64,000 bases of DNA from Octopus sinensis (Eukaryota). The number at the start of each line of letters is the position of its first letter. Within the stretch, counting starts at the first letter, position 1. The stretch spans positions 25,544,001 through 25,608,000 of the forward strand of contig NC_043010.1 in assembly GCF_006345805.1 (NCBI RefSeq). The letters run 5' to 3'. Positions 28,400-41,459 of this stretch are shown here, piece after piece. The position numbers and the translations under genes were made by a program. The notes under the pieces were generated by a model that was not told where the DNA came from, made no database searches, and saw only the letters and a list, made by a program, of their open reading frames with translations.

Positions 28400-29095
28400 A
28401 GACATTATTAGAATTACATTATTTACAATGGACAGATAAGTGTCCTCACCTTGTTTGTTGTTACCACAACGTTTCAGCTGATGTACTCTCCAGCCTTCAT
28501 CAGGTGTTCTGGTGGAATTTTGAACCCGACCCCTTATTTGACTAATGGGTTCACTGTTCTCATTCCTAAGGTATTCTTTTTTTATTTGCTGATGTTATTT
28601 TTTCTGTAGATATTATTTCCCAAGTCTCTGCCTGGGATTGAACTCAAGATCCAAGGGCTAGTAGCCCGTGCTCTTATCCACTTTGCTATATGCTCATAGG
28701 CAACTATAGAGTTTTGGGCTTATAAAGCTAATATTTCATCTTTTCTTAATACCGGTTCCCATGTTACATTCATATCTGCATTAGGTCTGCCTAGCATATG
28801 TGCTGCCTCTTTTAATTATGAAAATTAAAATTAAAATATGAAAATTAAAAGAGGCAGCACATATGCTAGGGCTTGGGGAAATAATATCTAATGAAAAAAA
28901 TAACATCAGCAAAAGAAAAAAAGGAATACCTTAAGAATGAGAACAGTGAACCCTATTAGTGAAATAAAGGGTTGGGTTTGAAATTCCACCAGAGCACCTG
29001 ATGAAGGCTCCAGCTGAAATATTGTGATAACAACAAACAAGAGAAGGGCACCTATCCATTCATTGTAAATAATGTACATAATTCCTCATCTCAAA
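28400..29095. mobile_element. tRNA-headed SINE with a hammerhead-bearing tail, arranged as a fold-back (minus-strand copy about 28400-28700, inverted partial copy about 28872-29095)
   Basis: The minus strand has a tRNA-like head (A-box-like TAGCAAAGTGG, B box GAGTTCAATCCC) followed by CAC-CTGATGA-A-GGCTG-gagagtacat-CAGCT-GAAA-CGTT-GTG (28503-28465). The same tail recurs inverted at 28872-29095. A perfect 28-bp inverted repeat lies at 28790-28817 and 28843-28870. Confidence 0.65.
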
Positions 29096-29213
29096 AATAT
29101 AGAATAGTATTGTTAGAATTGTCTTATATTTAACCCTCTCAGCCCTAGGCTCCTCTGGCTAACTTTACCCCACACCACTTGGGCTCCTGAGAAAAAATGA
29201 ATTGTTGCGTTAT

Positions 29214-29765
29214 AGGCACAGGAGTGGCTGTGTGGTAGGCAGCTTGCTTACCAACCACATGGTTCTGGGTTCAGTCCCACTGCATGGCACCGTGGGTAAG
29301 TGTATTCTACTATAGCCTTGGGCTGACCAAAGCCTTGTGAGTGGATTTGGTAGACAGAAACTGAAAGAAGCCCGTCATATATATATATATATATATATGT
29401 AGTTAATCCAAACAAGAAAACACAAAAAAAACCAACAACGCGAGGACGTGGAACAAATATAGTATTATTGGACGCTAAGGAAAGAAGGAGGGTTTAACGT
29501 TTCGAGCGGAGCTCTTCGTCGGAAACATAGGAGAAGGAAAGATCCAGAGAAGGGAAGACAGAGAAAAAAAAAAAAAATCGCCAACGGTACACACGAGGTC
29601 ACCTCCCCAACATTGCTTGACAACCGATGCATAGCAGTTCAACAAAAAAGATCGATAGAATAAGTACTAGGCTTACAAAGAATAATTTCTGGGGTCAATT
29701 CATTCGACTAAAGGCGGTGCTCCAGCATGGCCACAGTCAAATGACTGAAATGAATAAAAGAATAT
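29214..29765 (+). mobile_element. tRNA-derived SINE, family A, split by the hammerhead-like element
   Basis: Head 29214-29385, inserted element 29402-29600, tail 29601-29765. Confidence 0.8.
29402..29600 (-). mobile_element. About 200-bp PLE-derived hammerhead-like element, copy 2, nested in the internal (TA)n of a SINE
   Basis: Reverse complement of 20164-20366. The host SINE starts at 29214 and resumes at about 29601 (cctccccaacattgcttgacaaccg). Confidence 0.7.
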
Positions 29766-29913
29766 ACAGTTCATTACCGCCTTATTTGGCTGAAATTATG
29801 TTTAAGCTATTCCTGTTACATGGTGTGACAGGGTTAATGAACAGTCACATAGGACATGGGTGATTTCAACGATTATCTGTCATAACATAGAGAGAACCAA
29901 CCAGTTACTCTGC

Positions 29914-30790
29914 TCAGATATGATGGAAGCCTTGGTGGTATTCAAGACAGCTTCCGGCTCCACCTAATTGTTTGAACTGCAGGTTAGCTCTCTTCTTTTT
30001 AGCTACTCCACTTAAAATTTCTATGGAAATCAAGTTAGGAGTGTTATTTGGCCAAGGAAAAACTTTGATGTGATCAGCAAAAGAGGCAGGGGATATTTTT
30101 GGCACTGTGGTCAGGTGCCAAATCCTGGTAAAAATAGCAATAATCATATTGGCTGGTGGAACCCTCCGAATTTTCTAGGTAGATTTCTGTGATATTTATG
30201 ACCCTAAGAAAACACCACGGGAAGGATATGATGTGGCACTCTAAATTACCACTGACTGTCGGGACTTGATGCTGGACTTCAAACAGCTGAAATTCTGTGC
30301 CTTTCTGCAACCTTGGTTTCCAAATGAGATACAAAACTGCCTCTCATCAGAAAACAACACCTAGGACCATTGCTCAACACTTCACTGTTGCTTCACCCTG
30401 GCCCAAGTCAACCACTTATAACACCACTTCTCACAATTCATTAAGAAGTGTACAAGAGCTGGTTACTCTGTTGTCGTACTCCATTTCTCAATGCTGTCTG
30501 GGTATGTTGTAGCCTTTCGTTCTCTAACTCTTGCTTCTTCTCTCTTCATAAGGATCTCTCCCACTTTGTAAAACCTGCTCCTTTGCAGACTTTTCTCCTA
30601 AGTCCCTCTTGCTGGGACACAGCTTTCTACTATATCTTGCTTGTTAAGACAATATTCAAAGAGAGATGCATTAACAAAGAACCTTTGAGAACAGCCAGGT
30701 TTTTCAGTGATAATCTCCTTTGTTTTTCATTCTTTGTTGAGCTTGTCAGCAATGGTCGTATAGACACCTGCTAAATCACAATCCTCACCC
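29914..30790 (-). mobile_element. Degenerate Tc1 (DD34E-type) transposase
   Basis: Minus-strand fragments FSDERQFCISFGNQG...AQNFSCLKSSIK, FYQDLAPDHSAK and VFPWPNNTPNLISIEIL match the Tc1 motifs FSDESKFCISFGNQG...CLKSSVKFPQS, FQQDLAPAH and WPANSPDLNPIENLW. Many stops and frameshifts. Confidence 0.8.
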
Positions 30791-30842
30791 ATGATTGCAA
30801 CACTATCATTTACCGTGAAATTAACATACATACATACATATA

Positions 30843-30879
<37 letters not shown>

Positions 30880-31115
30880 GTAATGCATTGTCAAGTGCTC
30901 AGAGAACAGTGAAAATCAAAATAATGATGTACAACACATTGATTCTTAATATGTTCCAGTAGATTCAGGTGTGAATATCGTAATTGCTGTTGTATTTTAT
31001 CTGAGGAGAACAACTCTTCCATTCTGATAATGTGTGTCCACAACACACTCAATTCATTGAGATAAGAGGGACTTATATATGTGTGTGTGTATGTGTTTGT
31101 GTTTGTGTATATGTA

Positions 31116-31176
<61 letters not shown>

Positions 31177-32863
31177 GCACACATATATAATATATATATA
31201 CACATGTATAGCTATATGTGTATATATATGTGTGTGTGTGTATATACATACACACATGCATGCATACACACATACACACAACATATATATATATATATGT
31301 ATGTATGTATGTATACACACACGCACATATATATATATACATACACATATATAAATTATGTTACAGTATTGGCTGAAGTAGAATAATTCAAATGTGCTCA
31401 GACAATATTAATGTAATATTCTGTGATAAGCAGAACTCACATATTTGTCTGTTGCACTTGTTAGTCTACAGTAATAATAATCATTCTAGAAATTAGTAAG
31501 ATTCCTCACAGATTGAAATGAAGCTCTACTGCCACAGCTATTGTTGTATAAGAATTATAACATTTTGTGATTATTTACTTTAATTTAAAAAATTTTTTTA
31601 CTCATAATATTCTAATTTTCTGAGACGCACTTGTAGAAAGATCTTAAATAATGTGATTTTTTTTTTCCTTTTAAGAAAATTCACTTAGAGGCATTTTAAA
31701 AAACAAAAACAAAAAAAAATATTTACTTTTTATTGAAAAGCTTCCTAAGTAAAATTAAATCGATAATATTTAGTCTTTGGGGATATTGCTTATATTTTGC
31801 AAGCACACCTACCAAATACTCACCATTGACTCTCTAACATCATATTTATAATTTGTTTACATCGGTTCTTAGTTACAAAAAAAAATATAAATAAACAAAC
31901 GTATTCTTTATGAAAATCTAGAATAGTTCTTTCTCAAAAAATTTAATTTGAAATTCCTTTTAACTTGCTTCTTAATTAGTTTTATAATTACTTTGTTGTT
32001 AGTGGGAGCATTTATTTTTAAATTTCGTGAAATAGTCTTTTCAAATTGTATGTCTTCTATTCTAAAGTACATTTTGGTTTCGAGTCTTGTGGGAGAGGTT
32101 AAGTTGATTAGACCAACCCCAGGACACATCATCATCATCATACAGTGTTTTAAATCCAGGTTTTGTCCCCACTAACGGGGGTGGCCAGATCTACCACAAT
32201 GTCATAACAACCAAAGTAGGCAGGTGCAGCCTACCCCAAACTTTGGGCTGGCTGGTCCCATTCTCCTTTGCTATCATAAGGCTTTTTCTGGAGCTGGATT
32301 TTCTACGGGGAGCTTGCCCTTGCTTACCCCCAACCTCAGTTTCTAGACATGAGTGGTCCTGAGACCAAGATATCTATCATGATTTTTAAGAAATGTGGTG
32401 GAAAACAAACTCAGGAAGGCAGAGACTCTACCCCCTGAAATCCCTTTTGGAGCCCCCTTACCTAACTCAACAGGTACTTATTTTATCAACCCTGAAAGGA
32501 CGAAAGGCAAAGCTGACCTTGGCAGAACTTGAACTCAGAATGTAACAATGAACAAAATGCTTAGTGTCATTTTGTCTGGTGTGCTAATGGTTCTGCCAAT
32601 TCACCGCCTTTATTCTCAAATATATATTGAAATGTCTGAATGCAGTCTAGACTCCTTGGTTTATTTATCCAAAACTTACAGTCAGCTTTTACTCATTTTC
32701 CTTTTTAGCTGACATAGCTCTAAACGCAATAGAGAGGTTTGCTTTGTATGCATATGGTTTTTGGTTTAGGCTCAGTTCCATTGAATGGCACCCTGGGCAT
32801 TTGTCATCTATTGTAGCTTTTGAATTGTGGATAGAATTTGACCAGTAGGTGTATGGAAAAGCT

Positions 32864-32942
<79 letters not shown>

Positions 32943-34203
32943 TTTGTGTATACTCCTGTGAGAAAAAATATAAATATATAAATCCTTCATAGACAAAGGT
33001 GTAGTTGCCTCGTAAGAAGTTTGTTTCCAACCATATGGTTTCAAGTTCAGTGCTACTGAATGGCACCTTGGGCATTCTACTACAGCCCCAGCTTGGCCAA
33101 AGACTTCGGAATGGATATGGTGGATAGAAACTGAAAGAAGCCTATTCGTGTGTGAGTGTGTGTTACTGTCTCTTTGCCTTGACATCATGTGATACTTGTG
33201 AAGTAGTGTCACCACCATACAAACAGTGTCCTTTGTTTCCACTCTTCTGTGAAAACATGCAGCTTCATTGGAAATATTACCTTATTTGGAAATAGGTGGG
33301 GGTTGGCAACAGGAAGGGCATATCTCTGAAGAAAATCTGCCTCGACTAATTCCATCTGACCCATGCAAGCCTGGGAAAGTGGACATATGATGATGGTGGT
33401 GGTGGTGATGAAGATGAGTTGCATCCCTTCACATTATGAGGTAAACTAAGCAATTCAATAAATAGATATTGATTAATACCCCCCCCCCAAAAAAAAAGTT
33501 ACCAGACAGAACTAGATTACATGATCGATATATTTGTCTAAAACCCTTGAATGCAGTACCACTTATGCTTGTAATGGCATTTACCTGGTGTGGATTGAGC
33601 CATCTCCAACCTTAGAGCTCACCACGTCCCTCACAAATGCTGACCACACTCAACTGTAAATGCTGTAAAGGATACTCACTTCTGGTTCCACTGCTAAAGA
33701 CCATAAACACAGGTGCCTGATTGTGCTTCCATGACCACCTTTACCATCACCAGCCATATCTTCAGTTGTCTTCCAATTCATTTGTAAGTAGTGCTGTTGC
33801 ATGGCTGTTGCATGGCTGCAGTCCAATGACTGTCAGCAGTAAAAGAATAAAAACAATAACAGAATCTGAGAACTGAGGCTTAAGGAATGATGCCAGGGTA
33901 CCAATCGCAGTTCTCATGTTTTCACAAGAGCTCTGCTGTAATTCATGGTAAAAGCAATTCTTTGAGATTCACTTTACATGAGTATAAATAAGATACTTTG
34001 TACCAATCACTATCAACAATTATCAGAGCTGTTTAATTAACAAATGTTTCATTAGTTTGTAGTCTTAAATTCAGTTTCCACTACAAAACTAAAGAAAACA
34101 TTGAAAATGTTTTTTCAAATATCTCTTCTCTTGAATCTCTGTATGAAGCAAAAAAAAAAAAAAAAAAAACCTACGGATGTATCTTAACAAGTAGTCATTA
34201 CTA

Positions 34204-34444
34204 CAGTTCTATATTTAAGAGATGAGGAATTATGTACATTATTTACATTTAACAGATATTTGTCCTCATCTTTGTTGTTAACACGTTTTGGCTGATATAC
34301 CCTCCAGCCTTCATCACGTCTTGGGGAAATTTCAAACTTGGGTTCTCATTCCTAAGGTATTTTTCGATGTTATTATTATTCAGGAATTGAACTCGGAATC
34401 TTAGGGTTAGTAGCCTACGCTGTTAACCACTACACCATATGCCC
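34204..34444 (-). mobile_element. Compact copy of the tRNA-headed, hammerhead-tailed SINE
   Basis: gggcatatggtgtagtggttaacagcgtaggctactaaccctaagattccgagttcaattcctg (A box TGGTGTAGTGG, B box GAGTTCAATTCC), then the same body as 28400-28620 with a decayed core (gTGATGAAGGCTG...CAGCCaAAAcgtgtt), ending cctcatctcttaaatatagaactg. Confidence 0.7.
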
Positions 34445-35197
34445 ATGGGAATATGGTGTGTAAATAATGTAAATAAGTAGTCAGTAGTTTATGTAACGTT
34501 GGTTTTTTTGTTTTTGTTTTTTTTTTTGTAGTGGTTTTGCAATGTTCTTTTGCATACTCTGTATGTAAATGTGAATATTCAAAGGGTCTGTAGGTTAAGA
34601 TGAAAGGAATGAACAACAAAAGAACTAAGACATCAAATCTCATCATTGGCAGTGTGGTGTGTGAACTTCAAAAAAAAAAAAAAGAAATGCTTAACACTCT
34701 ACAAACTGACATGCTAGCCTCTGTGTAGCTGGTCGACTTGCTAGAAATAGCAACCAAATCTCCTTCACATCAAATCCCTGCCCCATCTCAAACAAGGCAC
34801 ATTGGAGAATTTGTAATCCTAGATAGATGAATTGGTCATGGTTGTGATGTTTCCTTTGATATATTTGATCTATCAGCATGTTGACATGCACTAAACAACA
34901 ACAACAACATAACATAACATTCTAACTCACTGTAATGATAGAAGCTTGTCGCTGTAGGTTGTACAGACAACTGTAACAGTTGTTAGAGTAAGGTGTTCAA
35001 TCTTTGTAATTTTATGAGGTGTGTAGCCAGCTTCCTTTCTTGTTTCATATCAGTGACTGGGGCCGGTGCGCATTGATGCCGTTGAGAAGTAGGCCCCAAA
35101 ACGGCGCGCATTTTCTCCTGATGACCCCATACACTTGCTGGCTTCCGGTATATGGAGCTTTTGACTCGTAGCACTTGCATGTGCAAGTTGTTTGCAA

Positions 35198-35234
<37 letters not shown>

Positions 35235-35262
<28 letters not shown>

Positions 35263-35460
35263 CACCGTGATCACCGTGACCAACCAGGCCATCAGATGTT
35301 GTTACACATCGCTGGTCACAATGCGCTTTGCATTGTTTTAGCCTTCAAATGACGCCACCCCGCTGGCTAAGCGAGCAGGCCATATATATATATATATATA
35401 TACATACATATATAAATATATATATACACATATACATATATGTATGTATATATATATATT

Positions 35461-35511
<51 letters not shown>

Positions 35512-35722
35512 TTGTGTATCTGTGTTTGTCCCCCAACATCGCTTGACAACCGATGCTGGTGTGTCTACGTCCCTGTCACTTAGCGCTTTGGCAAAAGAGA
35601 CCAATAGAATAAGTACTAGGCTTACAAAGAATAAGTCCTGGGGTCAATTTGCTCGAATAAAGGTGGTGCTCCAGCATGGCCACAGTCAAATGACTGAAAC
35701 AAGTAAAAGAGTAAAAAGAGTA
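35235..35722 (+). mobile_element. Family-A SINE tail with an alternative 5' module
   Basis: The module caccgtgatcaccgtgacc...gacgccaccccgctggctaagcgagcaggcc (also reversed at about 6130-6250) is joined to the standard A tail. Confidence 0.65.
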
Positions 35723-35833
35723 TATATATATATATATTATATATAAAAGAAGTCTGGTACAGTCTTCTGCCTGGACAGCTCCTGTCAAATTGTTCAACCC
35801 ATGCCAGCATGGAAGAGGGCCATTAAACAATGA

Positions 35834-35883
<50 letters not shown>

Positions 35884-36991
35884 ATATTTCGGAATGGTCA
35901 TATATAAACACACACACACATATATATAAACACACACACACACATATATATAAAGAGAGTTTGAGAGAAAGTATGTGAAAGAAAGTGAATGAAAGATTGA
36001 GAGAAAGAAAGAGAGGACTACATTGTGCAATGTGTTTGTACACTTTTGGTATTGTACGTTGAGTGTGTGATTTGAGTAAGATTTGGCTGCTACTTCTAGC
36101 AGGACATGTGACCCACCATATAGAAGCTGTCTTATTGGTGAATTGGAGACAGTATCTCCAGTGATGTCCTAACAGTCATTGTTGCAAACATATATACAAG
36201 TACTTTTTTATACTTTTCTTTTTTTTACCTGAGTATAGCCATTTCATTTATTATACCACCAGCTCAGGTGATACTTCACCTTTAGCTAGCAGTTCAGAAG
36301 GCAATAGGCAATTTGACTGATCAATAAACTTTTTCTCAGTGACAGATTGCAATTTTTGACTCATCAATGGCTTGTCCTCCTCTATTTTGCTGCTTCTACT
36401 GCTGTTGTAGCTTTGATTCTTTCCAACTTGCTGGCTACATCTATGGCACTTAATGTAAACGTCCATTCTTAACCCCCCCCCCCCACATCGTCACCAAGAC
36501 ACATCAATCTACTCCAACAACATTAAACAGAATATGAACATACAAGTTGTTTTTTGTTTGTTTGTTTTGCTGCATGATTATATTCGAGTGTTGACTGTAT
36601 GAGAAGAAATTTTATCTATCACTGCACTCAAAAATGTGTGAGTGTGAGTGATTGATTAATTGATTGATTGTATTATGGATTGGACATGTCTACTTTGTTG
36701 GTTTTTAACCATCAGGTCAATACTGGCTGCGTTGACCTAGGATTCAAGGTGTTCTAGTCCTAACCATTTTATCATTTTTTTAAAAATATTTTTATTTCAT
36801 TTTTAGCCCTTAAACCTGCTTGAGACCATCCCTGGTACTACAATACAAACTTCCTGTTTATAAATGGTTAAAATTAAAACCTTTTAAAATTTCATGTTAA
36901 TTTATACTCCAAACATGACTTTAATTACAAGGTTGTTTTATTAAATTATTCATTATCTTCAAAATTTTTTAAAACAAAGAAGTGTTTTTAA

Positions 36992-37192
36992 CCCTTTAGC
37001 ATTTAAACTGGCCACATCCGGCTTAAATATTTTGCCACTTTTATGTTCAAACTGACCAGATCCAGCATTTTACACTTGCCCTGCAATACACAATCACAAA
37101 ATCTTGAAGCCACAAGATAGTGCATGATTAATAAAAAGACACTGTGAATCTATAAGCATAACACTTAATAGAGTAATCTGAATAGTAAAGGG
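36992..37192. mobile_element. piggyBac-type MITE (TTAA-CCCT...AGGG)
   Basis: ttaa|CCCTTTAGCATT...AATAGTAAAGGG|ttca. Related copies at about 6600-6870 (-) and 46850-47200 (interrupted by an RTE tail). Confidence 0.5.
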
Positions 37193-37234
37193 TTCATTAA
37201 AAAAATGGTAACAAAAGGGTTATGGCAGCAGGGT

Positions 37235-37560
37235 ATGATTTCTGGCGACCACAGAGAGGTTCCTTTCTTGGCTCTGGACATGTCCTTATTTAGGTGTTAG
37301 GTAGTGCTGCAGTAGAAAGGTCGGAGCATCTTGGGTAGAGGTCTATGTTTAAATGTTATTTAGTGCTGTGTTGGAAGGGAGGGACTGTCTCCAGTACCAA
37401 CCACCTGCTGAGGATATATTTGTTTTAGTTGGTAGTGCTGTCCTGAATGGGAGAGATGGTCCTTGGTCCCACCCATTTCCTCAGGTTGTGAGGAAAGTAC
37501 ATGCTGTCAGCAAGCTGACTCAGCCAAGGAGTGGAATGAGTTTTGTACAGAGACACAGTG
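37235..37560 (-). mobile_element. Highly degenerate LINE remnant (CR1/L2-like ORF2 C-terminus)
   Basis: LYKTHSTPWLSQLADSMYFPH resembles the LYK.LVRP.LEY...VWSPH motif; GC content is higher than the flanks; many stops. Confidence 0.35.
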
Positions 37561-38537
37561 CAGTAGATTTTAGCAGATTTTGAATTATATACGAAGTACG
37601 TGCATTTATATGATTCTGTACGTAGATGTACATTCACTTTCATATTTAAATGAATGCATGTTTATTTGTTTGTATACTAACATACATACATATGCATACA
37701 TGAACATGTTCTCTCTCTCTCACATGCACACACACACACATTCACACACATTCACATACAGATATACTAATACATACTTATATACATTGATGGATGGGTG
37801 GATGGCTGAACAGACAGACTGATGGACTTCTGTCTACCAAATCCACTCACAAGGCTTTGGTTAGCCTACAGCACCTCAGACAAGAAGATACTTGCTCAAG
37901 GTACCATACAATGTGACTGAACCCTGAACCATGTGATTGGAAAGCAAACTTCTTAACCACGCAGCCACAGCTACATCATCTTATAAAAGACAAAGCAAAA
38001 AAAAATAACAAAAGCAATGAATGGAAGTACACATTGGTTAGGGATAGAAAAAGACAGGCTAATCACAGCAGGAACACGTTTGATCCTAAGCCTCCTGGAT
38101 TAGGGTCAACATGAGCTAAACGGCCACAAATTTTCAATATCTTTCGATTGCATGGTTCCCTTAGACACACCCAGTTGCTGATCACTGTTCTTCTATTAAA
38201 TTATATTTCTTGAACGAATTCAATTCAATGCAGCCGTAATTCTTCCTTTATCCGTTTAAAATATGCAGCTTGAAGAATTTTTAAAGCATATGATGCTGCT
38301 TTATTCTTCTTAACCATTCTTTTTACACGATATGTATTGTATGGCTCCTTTTATTTGTTGCTTATTGGAAAGCTTTCATATATTATCAATAACATTTTCA
38401 CATTTAAAAATAGATTTATACAGAGTTCTTATTGTAAAATTACTTGTTCCATATTTAAATCTATTGTTACTATTATGATTAAACCAGCTCCTCTTTCTTC
38501 TCTCTCTCTCTCTCCCCTTTCCCCCTCTCTTCTCTTT

Positions 38538-38603
<66 letters not shown>

Positions 38604-39330
38604 AGATATATATATATATATAAAGCTTATTCTGTCAGTTTCCTGACTGGACTTCTTTTATTATTGGATAAAAGGTTGATGAAATGGAGAGCTTTTTTCC
38701 ATCTTGTGTTTTTGTCATTATTTTTTCTTTTCTCCAATGTTTGTACTTAGGATTATTTCACAAAATAATACTTTAACACATTAGAAACAACCCTTGTGAA
38801 CATTTCTTTTTGTTTCAAAAGCTTAAATGAAGCAGGGCTTGATAGATTTTTGTGATCAGTTCAAGTAAGTTTGCTTTTCAAAATAATTATTTTTGTTTAT
38901 TTTTTATTTCTCTTCTGCTGCAACAACCATTAGAACATTCCAGTATTATTAATCCCACTTAAGCATTTTTTCCTTCTTTTTTTTTTTTTTATAAATAATA
39001 TTCAAGGTTTGTAAATTCTGACTCATTTCAAAAATTCTAGAATGGTGCTTCAAATCCAATGTTAAACCTGTATCTGTTATCTATATTTTTGAATTTGTTG
39101 ACTGCCTAGATAGACTGGTTGGCTATATATATATATAATGTGTATATACTAGCTTCATTCAGTTTCTGTTTACCAAATTCTCTGACAAGGCTTTACTCGG
39201 CCTGATCCTATAGTAGCAGGCACTTACCAAAGGTGTCACACAGCAGTGGGACTGAACTCGGAACCATGTGGTTGGGAAGCAAACTTCTAACTGCACAGCC
39301 ACGCCTGCACCATACATACATATATATGTA

Positions 39331-39367
<37 letters not shown>

Positions 39368-39387
39368 GTACATATATATATATATAT

Positions 39388-39588
39388 CCGGCGTGGCCGT
39401 CTGCCAGCCTCGTCTGGCACCTGCCAGCCTCATCTGGCACCTGTGTCGGTGGCCATAAAAACACCATCCGAGCGTGCCGTCTGCCAGCCTCGTCTGGCAC
39501 CTGTGTCGGTGGCACAAAAAAACACCATCCGAGCGTGGCCGTTCGCCAGCCTCGTCTGGCACCTGTGTCGGTGGCACATAAAATCACC
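39388..39588. repeat. GC-rich minisatellite of about 61 bp x3 at the 5' side of an RTE-tail element
   Basis: The unit ccgagcgtggccgtctgccagcctcgtctggcacctgtgtcggtggcacataaaaacaccat is repeated three times; copy 1 has an internal duplication. Confidence 0.85.
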
Positions 39589-39888
39589 CCCTAAATACTC
39601 TCGGAGTGGTTGGCGTTAGGAAGGGCATCCACTGTAGAAACACTGCCAGATCTGACTGGCCTGGTGCAGCCTTCGGCTCCCCAGACCCCATTGAACCGTC
39701 CAACCCATGCTAGCATGGAAAACGGACGCTAATGATGATGATGATGAGATATATTACATACATATTATACATATATAAATATATAAATATAAATATATTA
39801 TATATTGAGATACATATATCTCTTGTATATATTGGTACATATATATATGATACATACATAATATAATATATATATATATATATAGTTA

Positions 39889-39937
<49 letters not shown>

Positions 39938-40362
39938 ATATATATTATATATATATATATATACTATGCTTGTCTTTCTATGATACTTTAGCTTTTTAAC
40001 ACCTGGCATGAAGCTAGCTCCCCCTCTCTACTCACTCAAAAGGTTTTTCTTTTCTTTTCTTTGTTACTTGGGTGACCTCACTACTGGCAGTGGCATAAAA
40101 GACAAAAAAGGCACCCGCACCCACTACTCACCTGTAAAGTGGTTGGTATTAGGAAGGGTGTCCCAGCTGTATAAACCATACCAAGTTTGATGGTGGGGAT
40201 CTCTCTGTCCTTTTCTCAGACCATCCAATTCATGGCAGCATGGAAGACAGAAGTTAAATGATAATGATAATGATGCATGTATTATCTTTTTCTCTGTCTG
40301 TCCATCTCTCTCTCTGTATATATTTATATATATGTACATATATATAAATACATACATGCATA

Positions 40363-40405
<43 letters not shown>

Positions 40406-40550
40406 CATATATATACATACACATATTTATAATTCATTTATTATACTTATATGTGTCATTTATCTATATCTCTATATGTATATGTATATACACACACACA
40501 TATATGTATATATATCTATATATATTTATCTCTCTCTCTCTCTCTACATA

Positions 40551-40603
<53 letters not shown>

Positions 40604-40629
40604 CATGTACATATATATATTTATATACA

Positions 40630-40775
40630 TGTATATATATATATTTATATACATGTGTATATATATATATACATGTATATATATGTATATTTATGTGTAT
40701 ATATGTGTGTGTGTATATATATGCATATATATGTACATGTATATATGTATATACATGTATATATATATATATGTA

Positions 40776-40868
<93 letters not shown>

Positions 40869-41426
40869 AGTATTGTATTATATCATATTATATTATAAGA
40901 AAAGGGCTACATATTGGTAATCTGTAGGCTATTATTTTACTGTAATATTACTCAGCAACTGCAGGGCAACTAACTTTGATCTTCTTTCTGTGTCCTCCTC
41001 GTTGAATCCTCTCCAAATAAGATATGTCATTCTTTTTTCATTGCTTGCTTTGCTAATACATACACACATGCATATGTTCATATACACCCCCCACACACAT
41101 ATATTTCTTTTCCTACATCTTTAATCTTATTTGACCTAACTTAGGACCAGAATCTGGATACGAGAGTAAAATTAGCACAACACAAAGATCTATTGATTTT
41201 TGTTCCTTTTCTCTTCTTTTTAATGTTTAGTCCCAATTGTCCTAATCTCCACTGTTGACAGGCTTTTCCTGTTGCTGTGTACAGTGCATTTACGTACAAT
41301 TCACTTGATGTTCCTCGGAACCCACCTAAGATAACAGTTTCGTTTCCCTGTAACACTACTTACAACACATGCATACATACATACATATGCATATATATAT
41401 ATATATATATACATACATACATATGC

Positions 41427-41459
<33 letters not shown>

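Noticed and set aside
39388-39588. Regularly spaced repeats considered as a CRISPR-like array
   Set aside because: The units are tandem copies with no unique spacers, in eukaryotic DNA with no cas genes; this is a minisatellite.
41141-41360. Exon-like segment inside the tandem duplication with acceptors on both strands
   Set aside because: No frame gives a recognisable peptide, the phase-1 plus-strand frame stops after about 33 codons without similarity to the family, and indels between the copies make frames unreliable.
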